From Candidatus Marinacidobacterales bacterium (GTDB lineage Bacteria > Acidobacteriota > Vicinamibacteria > Marinacidobacterales > DATDRI01): 64,000 bases of DNA. Under the pieces are notes generated by a model that was not told the DNA's origin, did not search any database, and saw only the letters and a program-made list of their open reading frames with translations. Positions within the stretch are counted from its first letter, which is position 1, and every line of letters starts with the position of its first letter. Positions 31,709-40,646 of the stretch are shown piece by piece. The position numbers and the translations under genes are program-made. Location: the NCBI GenBank assembly GCA_965219415.1, contig OZ244742.1, positions 832,001-896,000 on the forward strand, read 5' to 3'.

Positions 31709-32443
31709 TTGAGAGTCCTCTTCCTAGGAACGGGAAATGCTTTCGGAAGTGGCGGCCGAAATCCGATCTCCATCCTCGTTCAGTCCGATGAGGTGAGCAT
31801 GCTCCTCGACTGCGGCCCTTCCGCCCTTCGAATGATGAAACATTTGGATGAGTCGCCATCGTGTATCGACTTGATCTTCATCAGCCATCATCACGGGGAC
31901 CACTTCTCGGGAGTGCCTTTCCTCTTGCTCGAGTTCCAGTACCAACAGGTCCGTGATCGCAAGCTGACGGTGGTGGGGCCCGACGGCACCGAGAACAAGA
32001 TCGCACAAGCCATTTCTCTTCTGTTTCCAGGGCTCCAGGCAAAGCCACGAAACTTCGATTTGGTCTTTCGAGAGATGAAGGCGGGAGAAACCGATCGGTG
32101 GGGCAACCTGGAGGTGAAGGCGTTCCCGGTGCGCCATTTCCCGCAGGGCATGGCGTTCGGCTACCGACTAAGCCTGAACGGACGCACCTTGGTCTATTCC
32201 GGAGATACCGAGTGGACGGATGAGCTTGCCCATCAAACACAGGGCGCAGACCTGTTCATTTGCGAGTGCTCGTCCTATGAGGAAAAAATCGAATACCACA
32301 TGTCCTATAAGGAGCTGGAAGAACACCACAGTGAGATCCGTGCAAAGCGGACACTCTTATTACATGCGGGGGACGACGTCCTCAGCCGGCGCTCCCAGCT
32401 TCGCTTCGACCTAGCGGACGACGGCCAGGAGGTAAATTTATGA
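31709..32443 (+). CDS. MBL-fold metallo-hydrolase (RNase Z/BN-like)
   Basis: LGTG, LDCG, SHHHGDH, YSGDT, ICEC. Confidence 0.88.
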   Translation: MRVLFLGTGNAFGSGGRNPISILVQSDEVSMLLDCGPSALRMMKHLDESPSCIDLIFISHHHGDHFSGVPFLLLEFQYQQVRDRKLTVVGPDGTENKIAQAISLLFPGLQAKPRNFDLVFREMKAGETDRWGNLEVKAFPVRHFPQGMAFGYRLSLNGRTLVYSGDTEWTDELAHQTQGADLFICECSSYEEKIEYHMSYKELEEHHSEIRAKRTLLLHAGDDVLSRRSQLRFDLADDGQEVNL

Positions 32444-32961
32444 CGATGTCGACGGTGCTCTTGAGCCTGCTGCTCGTGCAGTCGTCCACTGTTCCCGCGG
32501 AAGGGAATTCACAGGCTGCAGAGGCTTCCGAAATTCTCATCGACCTCGACATGAAAGACGCAGACGTGTTGGACATTCTGCGGCTCATCGCCAAGTTAGG
32601 CGACTTCAATTTGATCGCGGATCCGGAAGTGCGGTGTCAATTCACGCTGGCGTTGAAGGCCGTTACCTGGCGTCGAGTGATGGAACTCACGCTTCGAAAC
32701 TGCCGGCTGGGCGAAGACAGGATGGGCGAGAACCTGATCCGCGTGGCAACTCTGGCGCAGTTGACCCGAGAGCGGGAGGAGCGGAGAAAGTACGAAGAGG
32801 AAAAGCGTCTGTCCGGTCCGCTCCAAACCAGTTATCGTCGCCTATCTTACGCGCGGGCGCGCGACCTCGCCCCAGTCCTTCAAAAGACCCTATCTCCCCG
32901 CGGGGAGGTCGCCTTCGACGAACGCACCAATACTCTGATCATTAGAGATGTTGCGCAGTAA
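32440..32961 (+). CDS. Short secreted protein made only of secretin N-terminal (STN/N) domains
   Basis: IDLDMKDADVLDILRLIA...NLIADPEV and LSPRGEVAFDERTNTLIIRD resemble PilQ N0/N1; no barrel domain. Confidence 0.75.
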   Translation: MTMSTVLLSLLLVQSSTVPAEGNSQAAEASEILIDLDMKDADVLDILRLIAKLGDFNLIADPEVRCQFTLALKAVTWRRVMELTLRNCRLGEDRMGENLIRVATLAQLTREREERRKYEEEKRLSGPLQTSYRRLSYARARDLAPVLQKTLSPRGEVAFDERTNTLIIRDVAQ

Positions 32962-33002
32962 CGGAGGCGACTCGAGCGAATGGAGACTCTACGCGGGGAC
33001 GG

Positions 33003-33203
33003 TTAGTCTTCCTTTTCGTTCGAGTCCTCAGGAGGTAGCTCCTCGCTATCTCCCTTGATGGATTTCTTGAAGTTCTTAATCCCCTCCCCCAAACCAGCAC
33101 CTAGTTGGGGAAGCTTGTTCGCACCGAAGATCAGAAAGACGATGAAGAGGATGATTAGGAGCTCGGGTATGCCTAGCGGTCCAAACACCAATGGTAAGAG
33201 CAT
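33003..33203 (-). CDS. tatA: Twin-arginine translocase subunit TatA
   Basis: [38 protein letters not shown]; RBS GGAG before ATG 33203. Confidence 0.93.
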   Translation of the reverse strand: MLLPLVFGPLGIPELLIILFIVFLIFGANKLPQLGAGLGEGIKNFKKSIKGDSEELPPEDSNEKED

Positions 33204-33267
33204 CTTAGTCTCCGTGAAGCAGTCAGTCCTACTCGGGCGCCGATCGGGAACACCCAGGCGGATCCTA

Positions 33268-33882
33268 TCACGAGCGCCCACGCGCGTAAATCAACGGTAA
33301 GCTCAACACCGTCACCCCCATCTTGATAATGTAGTTGCCGATGACGAGAGGCAGTAACGGAAAACGACCATAGAAGGCGAGCGTGATGAAAAGTACGCTA
33401 TCCAAAAGCGTCCCTACCGCATTGCTGCCCAGAACCGGGAGCCAGCGATGACCATGGATTCTCCTTTTGAGCCATGCATAGACCTCGGTATCGACCAGCG
33501 ATGCCAGCAAGAACGCAGTGAGGCTGGCGGCCACAATGCGTGGAGTCGCCCCGAGCACTTGCCGATAGCTCTCCTGGCCTTGGTAGAAGGACGGATACGG
33601 GAGCTGTACCGTAACATGTATATACGCGGCGAGAAGCAAGTTGCCAGCAAAGGCGGCGATCACCAGCTTCTGTGCTCCCCTTTTTCCCTGCCTCTCGTGA
33701 AACAGGTCGAGCAAAGTGAAGGTGAGAGCATAGATAAGCGTGCCGCCGTCGACGGTGAGTCCCCACAAAAGGACCGGCTTGGCCTCCGACACGTTGGCCG
33801 CCAGCTCTGCCCCAATGTAGAGGCCCATAAGAACTGTGTCGCCCAGCGTAAGGGGCACCACTAGTGAATTCTTGCTCGTCAA
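33268..33882 (-). CDS. yhhQ: Queuosine precursor transporter (YhhQ/VUT family)
   Basis: [34 protein letters not shown] motifs; RBS GGGGAGG before TTG 33882. Confidence 0.85.
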   Translation of the reverse strand: MTSKNSLVVPLTLGDTVLMGLYIGAELAANVSEAKPVLLWGLTVDGGTLIYALTFTLLDLFHERQGKRGAQKLVIAAFAGNLLLAAYIHVTVQLPYPSFYQGQESYRQVLGATPRIVAASLTAFLLASLVDTEVYAWLKRRIHGHRWLPVLGSNAVGTLLDSVLFITLAFYGRFPLLPLVIGNYIIKMGVTVLSLPLIYARGRS

Positions 33883-33899
33883 CGCGCCTCCCCTATATT

Positions 33900-33952
33900 G
33901 ACTCCCTCGGGGCCTCACTCTTCGCCTGGCGCGGGGCCCCACCCCCACGCCT
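33900..33952 (-). repeat. Core of the GGTGGGGCCCCGCGCC repeat family
   Basis: GGCGCGGGGCCCCACCCC on + strand is the reverse complement of the core at 23399-23415 and 36811-36828. Confidence 0.65.
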
Positions 33953-34072
33953 CATGGGCTCAAGGCCGCGTTCGGCCCCTGGCCTGCTCGACCAGCGGCG
34001 TCTGCGGCCGGCAGACGGCTTCGCGCTGGCTCAAAGCTGCTCCGTCCATAACATATCAACTGGAGTGAAACA

Positions 34073-34471
34073 GTGTCTCTGTCGGACGAGATTCTTGCGC
34101 GCCCTGGAGCCATCGCACCGATTCGCGATCTGCTCGCCGACCTGGTGTCGCAGCTCGGTGCACGCTCGGCCTTCCTAGTAGACGAGGCGGGCACTCCCTT
34201 CGGCGCTTTCGGGAACGTTGACTTTCCGCTCCCGCATCCCCTTTCGTCTCTAACGCCGCTACTGGGGGCACTCGTTGGTGAGGGAAAAGAAGACCCCTAC
34301 CCGACCGTGTTGGTGCACCGGGTAAGCTCGCGGGCGCTGCTGACGGTCGTGCTCGCCGAAGCGCTGACTGACAAACCTCGCCAAAAGGCCATCGAGCAAG
34401 TCGAACAGGCTACGGCCCGACTCCTACCACTGTTAAGTACCTCGTTGAATTCCGACAGCCCCCAGACATAG
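34073..34471 (+). CDS. Hypothetical protein, roadblock/LC7 (MglB)-like
   Basis: LLADLVSQLGARSAFLVDEAG pattern and C-terminal beta-beta-helix; RBS GGAG. Confidence 0.55.
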   Translation: MSLSDEILARPGAIAPIRDLLADLVSQLGARSAFLVDEAGTPFGAFGNVDFPLPHPLSSLTPLLGALVGEGKEDPYPTVLVHRVSSRALLTVVLAEALTDKPRQKAIEQVEQATARLLPLLSTSLNSDSPQT

Positions 34472-34483
34472 GATAGGGCACCC

Positions 34484-34963
34484 ATGGGGAATGAAAGGAG
34501 CTTCCACATCGAGCGCAGCACCAAGATCGCACGGCCAATCGGCGAGGTCTTCGCGTTCTACGACACTCCGGAAAACCTTCGGCTCATCACCTCCAGCACA
34601 TCGGGCGTCGAGCTGGAACGGCTCCCGAAAGATCTTCGACCCGGGGCAATCTTCGGATACCGTCTTCGCGGTTGGCCACTGGAGTTCCGCTGGGAAGCAC
34701 TGGTGTCGGAATACCAACCACCCGCGCGCTTCGTCAACGTTCAGCGCCGTGGTCGATTCACACAATGGAGCCATGAGCATCATTTCAAGCCGGAAGGGAC
34801 GTCGACGTGGGTCCGCGAGCTGTTGAAGTATCAGATGCCTCATGGACTTCTCAGTTCGCTCGCCCACAAACTCTATGTACGAGAGAAACTTGAAGAGCTA
34901 GTCAGCACCGGACTGGAAAACGTGAGGGTAGCACTGGAACGAGGGAAGACCGACCAGCCATGA
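34484..34963 (+). CDS. SRPBCC/START-fold protein
   Basis: EVFAF...ENL..IT, RW, YQPP.RFV..Q..G.F..W.H.H.F. Confidence 0.85.
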   Translation: MGNERSFHIERSTKIARPIGEVFAFYDTPENLRLITSSTSGVELERLPKDLRPGAIFGYRLRGWPLEFRWEALVSEYQPPARFVNVQRRGRFTQWSHEHHFKPEGTSTWVRELLKYQMPHGLLSSLAHKLYVREKLEELVSTGLENVRVALERGKTDQP

Positions 34964-35424
34964 GTCGAGTCGAGCGAACTACCCTAATCGATAGCCGGAC
35001 AGAGCTGGTCTTTCAATTCCACGACGATCCACGTAACCTCCTAAAGATCCTTCCTGCTTATCTTCGAGTCGACATCGTCGAGGTGCCCAAGAGCCTGAAG
35101 CGAGGGTCCGTCTTGAAGTACGCGATGTACGTCGGTCCCTTACGGTTCGACTGGACCGGTGAGATCGTCGAGTACGCAGCCCCTTCACAGTTCGTGGACG
35201 TTCAGGCAGCCGGGCCTTTTCAGAGCTACCGCCACACTCACGTGTTCGCCCCCGAAGGGCCCGGAACGCGCATGACCGACATCATCGAGTATGAGCTCCC
35301 GCTCGGGCCGCTAGCGGAGCTGGCCAACCGCATCCACTTTCAAAGTCGTCTGGAGGAAGTGCTCGAGCATGGGCAGCAAATCACGCGCACCTTGCTGGAA
35401 GAAACTCCCAAGTCAAAAGGGTAG
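34960..35424 (+). CDS. SRPBCC/START-fold protein (tandem paralog)
   Basis: VFQFH.DPRNL, FVDVQ..GPF..Y.H.H.F, MTD.IEY.LP.GPL. Confidence 0.85.
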   Translation: MSRVERTTLIDSRTELVFQFHDDPRNLLKILPAYLRVDIVEVPKSLKRGSVLKYAMYVGPLRFDWTGEIVEYAAPSQFVDVQAAGPFQSYRHTHVFAPEGPGTRMTDIIEYELPLGPLAELANRIHFQSRLEEVLEHGQQITRTLLEETPKSKG

Positions 35425-36363
35425 TGCTTGGCCTAGTCCACGCTCGCGTCCTAACTCAAGAACCCAGCGCGCGACCGCGACGTCCTCGATCGCGATTCCT
35501 TGCGATTCGAAAAGCGTAATGTCTTCCTCCGTCCGGCGACCCGACGCTTTCCCACACACCAGCTGACCGAGCTCCGAGACGTCGTCCCACGCGAGCTCAC
35601 CCTCTGATATCGGAGCAATTAGATCGCCGCACTCTAGGAGTGCCTGCTCCTCGGAGTCGACGACGATGCACGACGAGCGGCGCACCACCTCGACGTCCAC
35701 TTCCCTCTTGTACGCGACGTTCGCGCCGATGGCATTGATGTGTTGCCCAGGGCGCAACCAATCCCCGTGCAAGACCGGCTCTCGCGACGTCGTTGCGACT
35801 ATGAGAATGTCGGCCCCCACAGGAACCTCCTCCGGTGCGCCCGCCGGTTGCACGTCAATGCCCAAGGACTCACTCATTTCTTCGCAAAACCGGCGCCGGC
35901 GTTCTCCGTCGCGGCCAAAGACACGGGCCCGGCTCAGCGGTCGGACTGCCGCCACCGCCTCCAGCTGCGTGCGAGCCTGCCCGCCGGTCCCGTACATGCC
36001 AACCGTCGCAGCGTCGTCTCGAGCCATGAATCGTGTCGCGACTCCGCTCGCGGCACCCGTCCGCATCTGTCCCAAGCGGTCGGCCTCTATCACCGCCTGG
36101 AGCTGCCCGCTCGTATCATATAGGTGGAATAGGAACCAGGCGCCGGTGCTCTTTGCAATGTAGGCTTTGAGCCCCAGCAAGCCCCACTCCGCGCTTCCCG
36201 CGGGCATCACGTGAAGCATCGTCCCGGGAAGACCAACCCGCGCCCGCGGACAATTGACCGCGCTTCCTTCGCCAAGCTGCCGAAACGCATCTTCAACCGC
36301 CGACACCGCGTCGGTCATGGTAAGGAGACTTTCTACATCTTCTTCGGTGAAGAACAGAGCCAT
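35413..36363 (-). CDS. Ornithine cyclodeaminase/mu-crystallin family protein
   Basis: RTGAASGVA, GTGGQA, HINAIG, FESQGIAIEDVA. Confidence 0.92.
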   Translation of the reverse strand: MALFFTEEDVESLLTMTDAVSAVEDAFRQLGEGSAVNCPRARVGLPGTMLHVMPAGSAEWGLLGLKAYIAKSTGAWFLFHLYDTSGQLQAVIEADRLGQMRTGAASGVATRFMARDDAATVGMYGTGGQARTQLEAVAAVRPLSRARVFGRDGERRRRFCEEMSESLGIDVQPAGAPEEVPVGADILIVATTSREPVLHGDWLRPGQHINAIGANVAYKREVDVEVVRRSSCIVVDSEEQALLECGDLIAPISEGELAWDDVSELGQLVCGKASGRRTEEDITLFESQGIAIEDVAVARWVLELGRERGLGQALPF

Positions 36364-36492
36364 TGGTGTTCATCCTTTCTCGACCTAAAAGAAGGCGCCG
36401 GTTCGTTGACACTGGCGGAACGGCAGTGATACATTCGCCGCTTCATCGTCGGTGAGTCAAATCGTTTCTTCCAATTTTCAAAGGGACGATCC

Positions 36493-36745
36493 TTGGCGGA
36501 CGAAGAGTACAAGTTTTGTCCTCGTTGTGGCGGGCGACTGGAATCAAGGCTCCTCAATGGTATTGGTCTTCGCGGCGGACGTCATCGGCGGCAAGCTCAT
36601 GGCAGCCGACGAATGCCTGGAAGTGCGCGGCTACGAGCCCGGGAGCATCCCTTGGGACGAGCTCGCGTTCACGAGTACAAGGGATGCCGTCCGTGATTAT
36701 ATTCGTCGTTTCATGCCCGGCGCACCGGGCATGGTTCGGCCTTGA
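36493..36745 (+). pseudogene. NUDIX hydrolase remnant with internal deletion
   Basis: N-terminus YKFCPRCGGRL joined out of frame to C-terminus ECLEV..Y....IPWDELAF.ST.DAVRDY; the Nudix box is missing. Confidence 0.75.
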
Positions 36746-36797
36746 CACTGGCGAGGCACCTGTCGGCCGCCAAAATACGTGGTTGCTTCGACCGGGG

Positions 36798-36880
36798 CTA
36801 GCCAAGCGGCGGGGTGGGGCCCCGCGCCATTGATTGAAGAGCGAGGGCCGTGAGCGAGCCGAGGAGGCGAGCGAGCATTA
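36798..36880 (+). repeat. Copy of the GGTGGGGCCCCGC repeat family
   Basis: CTAG...GCGGGGTGGGGCCCCGCGCCATTGAT..GAGCGAG. Confidence 0.7.
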
Positions 36881-36884
36881 ATTC

Positions 36885-37661
36885 ATGAAAAGATTCATAG
36901 GAAAAGTGGCACTCATCACTGGCGCCAGCCGCGGCATCGGTCGCGCGGTCGCCGAGGCCTTCGCCGCCGAGGGAGCCCAGGTGGCCCTGGCGGCACGGAA
37001 CGTAGAACAGATCGAAGAGTTGGCGGAGTCCCTCAATGGAGAGGAACGGCGCGCCATCGCGCTTCGTTGTGACGTTCGAGTCAAGTCAGAGGTCGAAGAG
37101 GCGGTAGCCGACATCGGCCGCACATGGGGAAAGCTTCATGTGGTCGTGAACAACGCCGGCGTGTCCGGCCGCACTCCGATCGACGATCCCACCGATGAGC
37201 GTTGGCATCAAATATTGGACACCAATCTGACCGGAGCCTATCTCATCACCAAGGCATCGCTCGAGCTTATGAGCTCGGGATGGGGCCGTATCATCAATGT
37301 CTCTTCAGTCCTGGGACGGTTTGGAGTGCCTGGTTTCGCTGCCTATTGCGCCTCCAAGCACGGCCTGCTTGGTTTTACTCGCGCCTTGGCGCTGGAGCTC
37401 GCCGCTCGGCAGATCACGGTCAACGCGATTTGTCCCGGCTGGGTCGCAACCGACATGGCGGAGCAGGGCATCCAGGAAACGGCGACTGCTCTGGGGATCT
37501 CGGCGGAGGCTTTTCGCGAGGAGGCGATCGCGGGAGTCCCTCTGAAGCGGTTCATCGAGCCGGACGAAGTGGCCAAGTTGGCGCTCTACTTAGCCTCCGA
37601 TGACGCCTCGATGATCACCGGCCAGACGTATAACCTCTGCGGCGGCCAAATTATGGACTAA
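36885..37661 (+). CDS. SDR family oxidoreductase
   Basis: TGASRGIG, NNAG, YCASK, VNAICPG. Confidence 0.93.
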   Translation: MKRFIGKVALITGASRGIGRAVAEAFAAEGAQVALAARNVEQIEELAESLNGEERRAIALRCDVRVKSEVEEAVADIGRTWGKLHVVVNNAGVSGRTPIDDPTDERWHQILDTNLTGAYLITKASLELMSSGWGRIINVSSVLGRFGVPGFAAYCASKHGLLGFTRALALELAARQITVNAICPGWVATDMAEQGIQETATALGISAEAFREEAIAGVPLKRFIEPDEVAKLALYLASDDASMITGQTYNLCGGQIMD

Positions 37662-37670
37662 GAGCACTGG

Positions 37671-37717
37671 AAGTAATCAGTCAGCAGTGACCAATATGTA
37701 CTGATGACTGGTGACTT
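37671..37717. repeat. Heptamer-built imperfect palindrome
   Basis: AAGTAATCAGTCAGCAGT ... ACTGATGACTGGTGACTT; related element at 54300-54363. Confidence 0.6.
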
Positions 37718-37737
37718 TTCATTGACTCTTCACTGCT

Positions 37738-37746
37738 TGATACAAT
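37738..37746 (+). promoter_or_regulatory. Extended -10 promoter giving a leaderless transcript of the selenoprotein gene
   Basis: TGaTACAAT ends 6 nt before ATG 37753; no Shine-Dalgarno. Confidence 0.55.
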
Positions 37747-37752
37747 GAAGCC

Positions 37753-37977
37753 ATGGAAAACGGAGTTATCATCTTCGGCAAGGCCGGCTGACCCTACACC
37801 ACGGCAGCCCGTGAGGATTTCGCCAAGAAGAACACCCCAGTCGACTACGTCGACGTCAAGAGGGATCCCGAAGGAATGAAGCGCATGCTCGAGCTCTCAG
37901 ACGGGAGGCGGAGCGTTCCGGTGATCGTCGAAGACGAAAATGTAACCATCGGCTGGGGTGGAACCTGAGCCGTCTAA
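37753..37977 (+). CDS. Glutaredoxin-like selenoprotein with two Sec (UxxT active site and C-terminal GGT-U-xx-stop)
   Basis: Not in ORF track. MENGVIIFGKAG-U-PYTTAAREDFAKKNTPVDYVDVKRDPEGMKRMLELSDGRRSVPVIVEDENVTIGWGGT-U-AV*. UGA at 37789 occupies the CPYC Cys position; cis-Pro VP motif; SECIS-like hairpins after both UGAs. Confidence 0.85.
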
Positions 37978-38003
37978 GCCCCCTCCGGTCGCAGGGTCCC
38001 TTA
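37975..38003 (+). promoter_or_regulatory. Bacterial SECIS-like hairpin for UGA 37966
   Basis: TAAG/CTTA lower stem, CCCT-C/G-AGGG upper stem, GGTC loop starting 18 nt after the UGA. Confidence 0.65.
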
Positions 38004-38106
38004 ACCACTCTCCAGAGTTTCCTTCCCTCACAAAAACCACCTAAGCTGACTCGCAGCTGGAGCCATGGGGTGTGATAGGATAGCGCCCTTAGGAACTCAA
38101 TCGAGG

Positions 38107-39672
38107 ATGGTTACAGAGCCCGCCCAGCAAGTCGCCAAGCAATCGCCTCGGATTCGACTCCTCTCTTTCTTCAGCGATCCCTTCGACCTTTCGATAGCCG
38201 CCGCTCGTACGTGTTATATGCCGCGAGTCGTGGAGAGCTCGGAGATCACCGACCGCCAGCGGGATTCCATCAGTAGGTCCACCTATGGCGGCGGGCATCA
38301 TACCGTTTACCAGCACGCGCATTTCGTGTTCGGAATGGAGAATATCTCTCGCCAGTTCGTTTGGAGCTTCCTGCACAGCTACCCATTCTACAACTCCGAA
38401 CAGTCGAGCCAACGCTTCGTCCGGCTGGACGAAGTGCAGGCCTTCATTCCTCCCATGAATGCGGACGCCGCGGCAGTTTACGAGTCGGCCATCGTGAAAG
38501 CCTGGGAAAACTACCGACGACTCACAGAGATCCTAAAAATCGACACCTGGAAGATCATGGCCGATCTACGCAACTTCAACGAGACCGGGTCAACGAAGAA
38601 CGAAAAGCGGCGGAAGCGAATTGCGAGGGAAGCAGAAAAAAAGGCCATTGAGACGGCGCGCTACGTCATCCCGATCGCTGCTTTTACCTCCATGATTCAC
38701 ACCATCTCCGGGATCACCCTTCACCGGCTTCGACGCATGCAGCGGGCCAACGACGTTCCTTACGAAGCAGGCCTGGTGATCGACGCCATGGTCAGTGCGG
38801 TCCGGGAAATCGACCCCCTGTTCTTCGAAAAGATTGGCGAGCCCCCGCTCGGCAAGGACGAGCTTCCGGAGTTCGGTTTCCCACACCTGCAGCAGGACGC
38901 CGACTCTTTCTGCGAGGAGTTCGATCGCAAGCTCGATGGACGCACCGCGAAACTCATCGACCATTCCGATGAAGCGGAAACGGTCGTCGCCGATGCGTTG
39001 CGTGCGGTCCTGGGCCGGTCGAGTGAACAGCTCACGACCGAGGAGGCAATCGCTCGCATATTGGATCCGCATCTCAATCCTCTCCGAACCGACACGATGA
39101 ACGTCGCGGTGCACTCACCCATCATGCGCGCGCTCTACCATGCGAGCTACGCCTTCTCGAAGAAGATCAGCCATACGGCGGATTCTCAGGATCAGCGCCA
39201 CCGCATGGTCCCCGGCTCACGACCGCTTATGACCCTGACCGACACCGCACGGCCCGACTACATCGTCCCCATGTTGATCGAGGCCAACTCCGCTGCCCTA
39301 TCTCTCTATCGCGAGGCGATGGACGAGGCTTGGGGCACGAAGAATCGGCTTTTGGAACTGGGGGTCCCGCTCGAATGGGCGCTCTATGTGTTGCCCAATG
39401 CGAAGTCGGTTCGCTTCATAGAGTCCGGTTCGCTGATCTACCTCATGCATAAATGGACGATGCGGACGTGTTTCAACGCCCAGGAGGAGATCTATCGATC
39501 CTCCATGGACGAGCTCGAGCAGTTACGACAGGTGCACCCTCGCATCGCACGCTACATGGGACCGCCGTGCGTTATACGGAACGGCGTCGCCTCACCGCGA
39601 TGCACCGAAGGCGATCGGTTTTGCGGAGTACCGGTGTGGCAGAATTTCCCGGAAGTGGAACGACGAATATAG
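38107..39672 (+). CDS. thyX: FAD-dependent thymidylate synthase-like protein, tandem ThyX domains
   Basis: AARTCY, GHHTVYQHA, SEQSSQRF, ETARYVIP in domain 1; QRHR, ALYVLPNA, RTCFNAQEEI in domain 2. Confidence 0.8.
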   Translation: MVTEPAQQVAKQSPRIRLLSFFSDPFDLSIAAARTCYMPRVVESSEITDRQRDSISRSTYGGGHHTVYQHAHFVFGMENISRQFVWSFLHSYPFYNSEQSSQRFVRLDEVQAFIPPMNADAAAVYESAIVKAWENYRRLTEILKIDTWKIMADLRNFNETGSTKNEKRRKRIAREAEKKAIETARYVIPIAAFTSMIHTISGITLHRLRRMQRANDVPYEAGLVIDAMVSAVREIDPLFFEKIGEPPLGKDELPEFGFPHLQQDADSFCEEFDRKLDGRTAKLIDHSDEAETVVADALRAVLGRSSEQLTTEEAIARILDPHLNPLRTDTMNVAVHSPIMRALYHASYAFSKKISHTADSQDQRHRMVPGSRPLMTLTDTARPDYIVPMLIEANSAALSLYREAMDEAWGTKNRLLELGVPLEWALYVLPNAKSVRFIESGSLIYLMHKWTMRTCFNAQEEIYRSSMDELEQLRQVHPRIARYMGPPCVIRNGVASPRCTEGDRFCGVPVWQNFPEVERRI

Positions 39673-39679
39673 TTGCCGA

Positions 39680-40546
39680 CTAGTTGCTACTTACCTTTTC
39701 CCGATACGCCCTCAGAAGCTCCAGCGTCACCGAGCCCGGCCGTCCATCACCGATTTGCTTGTCATCGACCGCTACCACGGGCAGGATCTCCTTGGTGCTG
39801 CTGGTAAGGAAGATCTCGTCAGCCTGAAGAAGCTCGTCGGGAGATATGATGTCCTCCCTTGTCCCGATCCCCGATTCTTTGGCCAAGCTTAGAACCAACT
39901 CTCGGGTGATTCCGGCCAGGATCCCGGCACGCACCGACGGGGTGCGGGCGGTCCGTTCCCGAACGAGAAAAATGTTGGTCTGAGATCCCTCTGCGACCTC
40001 CCCGCGATAGTTCAACATGACGGCTTCCTCGGCACCTCGAGAATGTGCTTCCCGCATCGCAAACATATTGTTGAGGAGGCTCGAAGACTTGATGCGCGGG
40101 CTCACGCTCTTCGGATGGTTTCTAACCACACTCACGAGAGCTACTCGGACCCCTTCCTCGTAGAGCCGGGGCGGCACCTCGGGGAGGGGCTTTACGAGAA
40201 TCACAACCGTCGGGGGAGGCACGTCGCCTTCGCTTTGCCGATAGTCGAGCGCGCCCACGCCCGCCGACACAATGATGCGAACGTAGGATTCGGGGTTCGA
40301 CGCGGCGGCCAAAGTCTCTTCCACCCGTTCAGTGAGCTCTCCTACGTTCGCATCGAGATGAATGTGAACGCTATTCGCGGACTCTCGAAGACGCTTCAGG
40401 TGCCTCCCCAAAAGGAACGGGCGACCGTTATAGGTACGAATGGTCTCGTAGACGCTGGCCCCAAATACGAAACCCAGATCCAACGGCGACAGCATCAAAT
40501 CGGTCTCGTTACCCAACTTCCCGTTCACATTGATCCGAATGGCCAT
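39680..40546 (-). CDS. Class IV PLP aminotransferase (IlvE/PabC/D-amino acid family)
   Basis: FGASVYET.R, HLKRL, IKS, EGSQTN, LAGITR, DEIFLTSS. Confidence 0.93.
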   Translation of the reverse strand: MAIRINVNGKLGNETDLMLSPLDLGFVFGASVYETIRTYNGRPFLLGRHLKRLRESANSVHIHLDANVGELTERVEETLAAASNPESYVRIIVSAGVGALDYRQSEGDVPPPTVVILVKPLPEVPPRLYEEGVRVALVSVVRNHPKSVSPRIKSSSLLNNMFAMREAHSRGAEEAVMLNYRGEVAEGSQTNIFLVRERTARTPSVRAGILAGITRELVLSLAKESGIGTREDIISPDELLQADEIFLTSSTKEILPVVAVDDKQIGDGRPGSVTLELLRAYREKVSSN

Positions 40547-40646
40547 GGGACTCTCTCCGATATCTCTCAGAAGTGCTCAAGCCTAGACTGCACCGCAGGG
40601 TGCGTCAAGACGCTGTGACCACCAACTAAACGACGAGATATAATAT

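Noticed and set aside
33883-34070. preQ1 riboswitch upstream of yhhQ
   Set aside because: No preQ1 loop or A-rich tail visible; the region is occupied by the GC-rich repeat.
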